The position numbers and the translations under genes are program-made. A stretch of DNA of 64,000 nucleotides, taken from the NCBI RefSeq assembly GCF_009931435.1, contig NZ_CP043414.1; one strand, given 5' to 3'. Shown here piece after piece: positions 58,701 through 64,000 of the stretch. A model generated the notes under the pieces. The model saw only the letters and a program-made list of their open reading frames with translations. It did not search any database and was not told where the DNA came from. The stretch's first letter is position 1; every line of letters starts with the position of its first letter. Source of the DNA: Escherichia coli. Its GTDB lineage: Bacteria > Pseudomonadota > Gammaproteobacteria > Enterobacterales > Enterobacteriaceae.

Positions 58701-59810
58701 TTCTCCCGTTTGCGGCCCCGGTACAGGCTGCCAGGCTACTGTAGGTTGCGTAGGTGGAACATCAACAGAGGCAACTGGCGGCGTCTGAGTCACAGGTTCA
58801 ACCGGTGCAGCCCAGCTTTGTGTCGCCGTGGTAGCAGCAGCTGCTACAGCAACAGGTTCGGTAATTGGCGCACCGTTTAATAATGGATCGTATTCGTCAT
58901 ATTCTGGCTGCGTTGCACGATTGCCCGAAAAGAGGACGTCGTCAGGGTCGGCAGCCACACCGCGTGCAGTGTAGGTAATCTCTTCTTCATCATCCATCCG
59001 CTTACCGGAGAACAACGCAGCATCTGTTTGCCGCCCCATCGGATTAATGAATTTTTCCGCCAGACGTTTACGACGTGCTAGCGCGCCGCGAAGAATACGG
59101 GCACGGCGCGATTCATGCTGTTTGCCGTGATTTTCATCTTCATATTCTTCGTCGTCTTCATACTCATCTTCATCGACCCAGGTATCATCGCGACGGGTAC
59201 GATTACTGGCGAAGGTGAGAATGTTTAAAATCCAGCCGCCGAGTTTTTCAGCAATGGTCACCCATGACCAACCGGTGAACAGCGTCAGGCCCGCTGCCCA
59301 AACGCAGAGCAGCGCAATAGTTCCCCCGCTACTGTGTAGCAGTGGTTGTAGCGTAGTGCTTAGTAAGCTGCCGATGACGCCACCGGAGGCAAAATACCAG
59401 ATATCGTCAGCGTTGATTGCCGCCAGACCACAAGAGGTAAGGATTAGCGCCAAAACGCCAATGATGCGTAGCGAAACGGCAAAATAATCAATGTATTCGT
59501 CACTGGACTGATGACGCCAGGCAAACCAACAACCGCCGACGATAATGACGGGAATGGTGTAAGCCATCACGCCAAAAATAAAGAACAGCGTATCTGCCAG
59601 CCACGCACCGGGCATTCCACCTAAATTATGGATAGGCTCATGCCAGGCCGTTTGCGACCAGCTGGGGTCCGAAGGGTTAAAGCTTAGTAAGGCAGCCATC
59701 AACCAGACGGCAAACAGGACAATAAGGATCAGCAACGCCTCCAGAAGTCGGCGGCCGCTACTTAACTTTGTCAATGTGACTTCTTTGTCTTCAGTGTATT
59801 CCTGGCTCAA
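55782..59810 (-). CDS. ftsK: DNA translocase FtsK
   Basis: 1342-aa ORF; N-terminal transmembrane domain, long Pro/Gln-rich linker, C-terminal motor with Walker A GTTGSGKS and gamma domain. Confidence 0.97.
57325..57565 (-). repeat. Tandem array of about six 39-bp units inside ftsK, encoding 13-aa [17 protein letters not shown] repeats
   Basis: Near-identical 39-bp units (e.g. TGCGGCTGCTGATATTGCTGCTGTGGTGCAACCGGCTGT) read head-to-tail on the plus strand; translation on the minus strand gives [13 protein letters not shown] repeated. Confidence 0.85.
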
Positions 59811-59888
59811 GAAAGGCTCTCCAGGTTACAGGCTTTTCCTGCCCGATGCTAAAACGGACAACAGTACCAGGTTACCCTAGTACTGTTG

Positions 59889-59904
59889 CTGTATGGATTA
59901 ACAG
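59889..59904. promoter_or_regulatory. LexA box (SOS operator) in the ftsK promoter region
   Basis: CTGT-ATGGATTA-ACAG fits the CTGT-N8-ACAG LexA consensus, about 80 bp upstream of the ftsK start; ftsK has a known SOS-inducible promoter (dinH). Confidence 0.65.
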
Positions 59905-59944
59905 GAGTGTAATCAAAATACGCCGATTTTGCACCTGTTCCGTG

Positions 59945-60439
59945 TTAGCGCGTCTTAATAACCAGACGATTACTCTGCTTGACTTCTTCCATAACAACGT
60001 ATGTCCGCGTGTCATTGACGCCAGGCAGACGCAGCAGGGTTTCCCCTAGCAACTTACGGTAAGCCGACATATCCGGCACGCGTGTTTTCAACAGGTAGTC
60101 GAAATCACCGGATACTAAATGACACTCCTGAATTTCTTCAAGTTTTTGTACAGCGGTATTGAATTGTTCAAACACATCCGGTGCGCCACGATTCAGAGTA
60201 ATCTCAACGAATACCAGAAGTGATGCATCCAGATAATGGGGGTTCAGCAGCGCTGTATAGCCCTGAATAAACCCTTGTCTTTCCAGCCGACGCACACGCT
60301 CAAGGCACGGCGTTGGGGAAAGTCCCACACGTTTAGAAAGCTCGACGTTAGAAATACGCCCATCCTTTTGCAACTCATTAAGAATGTTACGATCGATACG
60401 GTCGAGATCTTTGCCAGGGCGCTTCTTGCTATCTACCAT
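59945..60439 (-). CDS. lrp: Leucine-responsive regulatory protein
   Basis: ORF 59945..60493; start at the internal ATG 60439 (MVDSKKRPGKDLDRIDRNILNELQKDGRISNVELSKRVGLSPTPCL...), 164 aa. Confidence 0.96.
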   Translation of the reverse strand: MVDSKKRPGKDLDRIDRNILNELQKDGRISNVELSKRVGLSPTPCLERVRRLERQGFIQGYTALLNPHYLDASLLVFVEITLNRGAPDVFEQFNTAVQKLEEIQECHLVSGDFDYLLKTRVPDMSAYRKLLGETLLRLPGVNDTRTYVVMEEVKQSNRLVIKTR

Positions 60440-60866
60440 TATTATTGTCTCTCTGTATTCCTTCCCTACTCCTGTCTGACCCTGAAACATCACTGTTCAG
60501 AGTCGCTACCCGTCACGATAGACCGAAATCATTAAGATTCACGGCGCGCAATGCCTGGTCTACGGTGAGAAGACCGTTGCCTGGTGGCAGCTATCGACAT
60601 CACGAATGGCGTCTGTCCACGCCATACGTAGATTTCACTAGCACGGTAAACATGGTATTTACATGCATGGTTATGCGCATATAAGAATACTGTTTTTTTT
60701 CTTCCTCGAATGTTTTCGCAAAACACCAGGGGATTGTCAAAGCAAAACATCGATTTTTAGTACAACATGCCAGATATTCATTAACAGGGGCGTTTATTCA
60801 TCATTTAATCGGCTTATAACGCGGGAAATTTAAGTAGCAGAGGTGATAATGCCGGAGGGAGTTTGA

Positions 60867-61949
<1,083 letters not shown>

Positions 61950-61977
61950 TTTTACAAATCAGTAACAAAAGTAAAGA

Positions 61978-62016
61978 AGGCGACACCATGCGACTATGGG
62001 TCGCCTTTATTTTTTC
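61978..62016 (+). terminator. Rho-independent terminator downstream of trxB
   Basis: AGGCGAC...GTCGCCT hairpin with an internal CCAT/ATGG sub-stem, followed by TTATTTTTT. Confidence 0.65.
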
Positions 62017-62071
62017 CTCGTTGTAACATTGCTCTGCAAATAATTCTGATAACTCACCTGCTAAGCGTGCA

Positions 62072-63838
62072 ATGAATAAATCCCGTCAAAAAGAGTTAAC
62101 CCGCTGGTTAAAACAGCAAAGCGTCATCTCCCAACGTTGGCTGAATATTTCTCGTCTGCTGGGCTTTGTGAGCGGCATATTGATCATTGCCCAGGCCTGG
62201 TTCATGGCGCGAATTCTGCAACATATGATTATGGAGAATATTCCCCGTGAAGCCCTGCTGCTTCCCTTTACGTTACTGGTTCTGACCTTTGTACTGCGCG
62301 CATGGGTGGTCTGGTTACGAGAACGGGTGGGTTATCACGCCGGGCAGCATATCCGCTTTGCCATCCGACGTCAGGTTCTCGACCGTCTGCAACAAGCAGG
62401 GCCAGCGTGGATTCAGGGTAAACCGGCGGGGAGCTGGGCGACGCTGGTACTCGAGCAAATTGACGATATGCATGATTACTATGCACGCTACCTGCCGCAA
62501 ATGGCGCTGGCAGTGTCGGTGCCGTTGCTGATTGTGGTGGCGATCTTCCCCTCTAACTGGGCTGCGGCGCTCATTCTGCTGGGCACTGCTCCGTTAATTC
62601 CGTTATTTATGGCGCTGGTTGGAATGGGGGCTGCCGATGCTAACCGACGCAACTTTCTCGCTCTTGCTCGCTTAAGTGGACATTTCCTCGATCGCCTGCG
62701 CGGCATGGAAACATTGCGTATTTTTGGTCGTGGTGAAGCTGAAATTGAAAGTATTCGTTCTGCTTCGGAAGATTTCCGCCAACGGACAATGGAAGTGCTA
62801 CGGCTGGCGTTTTTATCCTCCGGCATTCTCGAATTTTTTACCTCGCTGTCAATTGCTCTGGTCGCGGTCTACTTTGGTTTTTCCTATCTCGGTGAGCTGG
62901 ATTTTGGGCACTACGATACTGGCGTGACGCTGGCTGCGGGGTTTCTGGCCCTGATCCTTGCGCCGGAGTTTTTCCAGCCATTGCGCGATCTGGGTACGTT
63001 TTATCATGCTAAAGCCCAGGCTGTTGGCGCGGCAGACAGTCTGAAAACGTTTATGGAAACCCCGCTCGCCCATCCGCAGCGCGGTGAGGCTGAATTAACG
63101 TCGACCGATCCGGTGACCATTGAGGCCGAGGATCTGTTTATTACATCACCAGAAGGTAAAACGCTGGCCGGACCGCTGAACTTTACTTTGCCAGCAGGCC
63201 AACGTGCAGTGTTGGTTGGTCGCAGCGGTTCAGGTAAAAGCTCACTGCTGAACGCGCTTTCTGGTTTTCTCTCATATCAGGGATCGCTACGAATCAACGG
63301 GATAGAATTACGCGATTTATCACCGGAATCATGGCGTAAACATCTCTCCTGGGTTGGGCAAAACCCACAATTACCAGCAGCAACACTACGAGATAACGTA
63401 CTGCTGGCACGACCTGATGCCAGCGAACAAGAGTTACAAACAGCACTGGATAACGCGTGGGTCAGTGAGTTTCTACCGCTCCTGCCACAAGGAGTTGATA
63501 CGCCTGTTGGCGACCAGGCTGCCCGCCTTTCCGTAGGCCAGGCACAACGTGTGGCGGTGGCGCGTGCATTACTGAATCCCTGTTCGCTATTACTGTTGGA
63601 TGAACCCGCAGCAAGCCTTGATGCTCACAGTGAACAGCGCGTAATGGAGGCGCTGAATGCCGCCTCTCTGCGCCAGACAACGTTAATGGTCACCCACCAG
63701 TTAGAAGATCTTGCTGACTGGGATGTCATTTGGGTAATGCAGGATGGTCAGATTATCGAGCAAGGACGTTACGCGGAATTAAGCGTGGCTAACGGTCCTT
63801 TTGCCACATTGCTGGCCCATCGTCAGGAGGAGATTTAA
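62072..63838 (+). CDS. cydD: Cysteine/glutathione ABC exporter subunit CydD (required for cytochrome bd assembly)
   Basis: 588-aa ORF; transmembrane domain plus nucleotide-binding domain with Walker [10 protein letters not shown] and signature LSVGQAQR. Confidence 0.96.
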   Translation: MNKSRQKELTRWLKQQSVISQRWLNISRLLGFVSGILIIAQAWFMARILQHMIMENIPREALLLPFTLLVLTFVLRAWVVWLRERVGYHAGQHIRFAIRRQVLDRLQQAGPAWIQGKPAGSWATLVLEQIDDMHDYYARYLPQMALAVSVPLLIVVAIFPSNWAAALILLGTAPLIPLFMALVGMGAADANRRNFLALARLSGHFLDRLRGMETLRIFGRGEAEIESIRSASEDFRQRTMEVLRLAFLSSGILEFFTSLSIALVAVYFGFSYLGELDFGHYDTGVTLAAGFLALILAPEFFQPLRDLGTFYHAKAQAVGAADSLKTFMETPLAHPQRGEAELTSTDPVTIEAEDLFITSPEGKTLAGPLNFTLPAGQRAVLVGRSGSGKSSLLNALSGFLSYQGSLRINGIELRDLSPESWRKHLSWVGQNPQLPAATLRDNVLLARPDASEQELQTALDNAWVSEFLPLLPQGVDTPVGDQAARLSVGQAQRVAVARALLNPCSLLLLDEPAASLDAHSEQRVMEALNAASLRQTTLMVTHQLEDLADWDVIWVMQDGQIIEQGRYAELSVANGPFATLLAHRQEEI

Positions 63839-64000
63839 ATGCGCGCTTTGCTACCCTATCTGGCTCTGTATAAACGTCATAAATGGATGTTAAGCCTTGG
63901 CATTGTGCTAGCAATTGTCACACTGCTCGCCAGTATCGGTCTGTTGACACTTTCCGGCTGGTTCCTCTCCGCCTCAGCGGTGGCGGGCGTTGCAGGACTG
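63839..64000 (+). CDS. cydC: ABC exporter subunit CydC, partial: N-terminal 54 codons only, truncated by the window end
   Basis: ATG at 63839 immediately follows the cydD TAA; translation MRALLPYLALYKRHKWMLSLGIVLAIVTLLASIGLLTLSGWFLSASAVAGVAGL matches the CydC N-terminus. Confidence 0.9.
   Translation, partial: MRALLPYLALYKRHKWMLSLGIVLAIVTLLASIGLLTLSGWFLSASAVAGVAGL

Overview
This window reads as conserved Enterobacteriaceae core chromosome, and I recognise it as the Escherichia coli region running from pepN to cydC (the K-12 '21 min' region, b0932 down to b0886), presented in reverse orientation relative to the K-12 map. I assign 47 protein-coding genes, all to known E. coli genes, in uninterrupted K-12 order: pepN(partial)-pncB-asnS-ompF-aspC-gloC-mepK-ldtD-mukBEF-cmoM-elyC-ycbJ-kdsB-ycaR-ycaQ-lpxK-msbA-ycaI-ihfB-rpsA-cmk-ycaL-aroA-serC-ycaP-ycaO-focA-pflB-pflA-ycaK-ycaN-ycaM-ycaD-ycaC-dmsCBA-serS-rarA-lolA-ftsK-lrp-trxB-cydD-cydC(partial). 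Assignments rest on reading the supplied ORF translations against protein sequences recalled from memory; no database search was run. I see no rRNA, tRNA, CRISPR array, insertion sequence, integrase or prophage remnant, and the window length matches the K-12 span, so there is no sign of a horizontally acquired island. I do not find a previously undescribed system here. The items worth a second look are modest: a 39-bp tandem repeat array in the ftsK linker, the functionally unresolved ycaK-ycaN-ycaM-ycaD-ycaC block between the pfl and dms operons, a possibly degenerate kinase motif in YcbJ, and a few intergenic hairpins and regulator-binding sites. The two genes at the window edges are truncated by the window; the ORF track does not list them because their stops or ends lie outside it.
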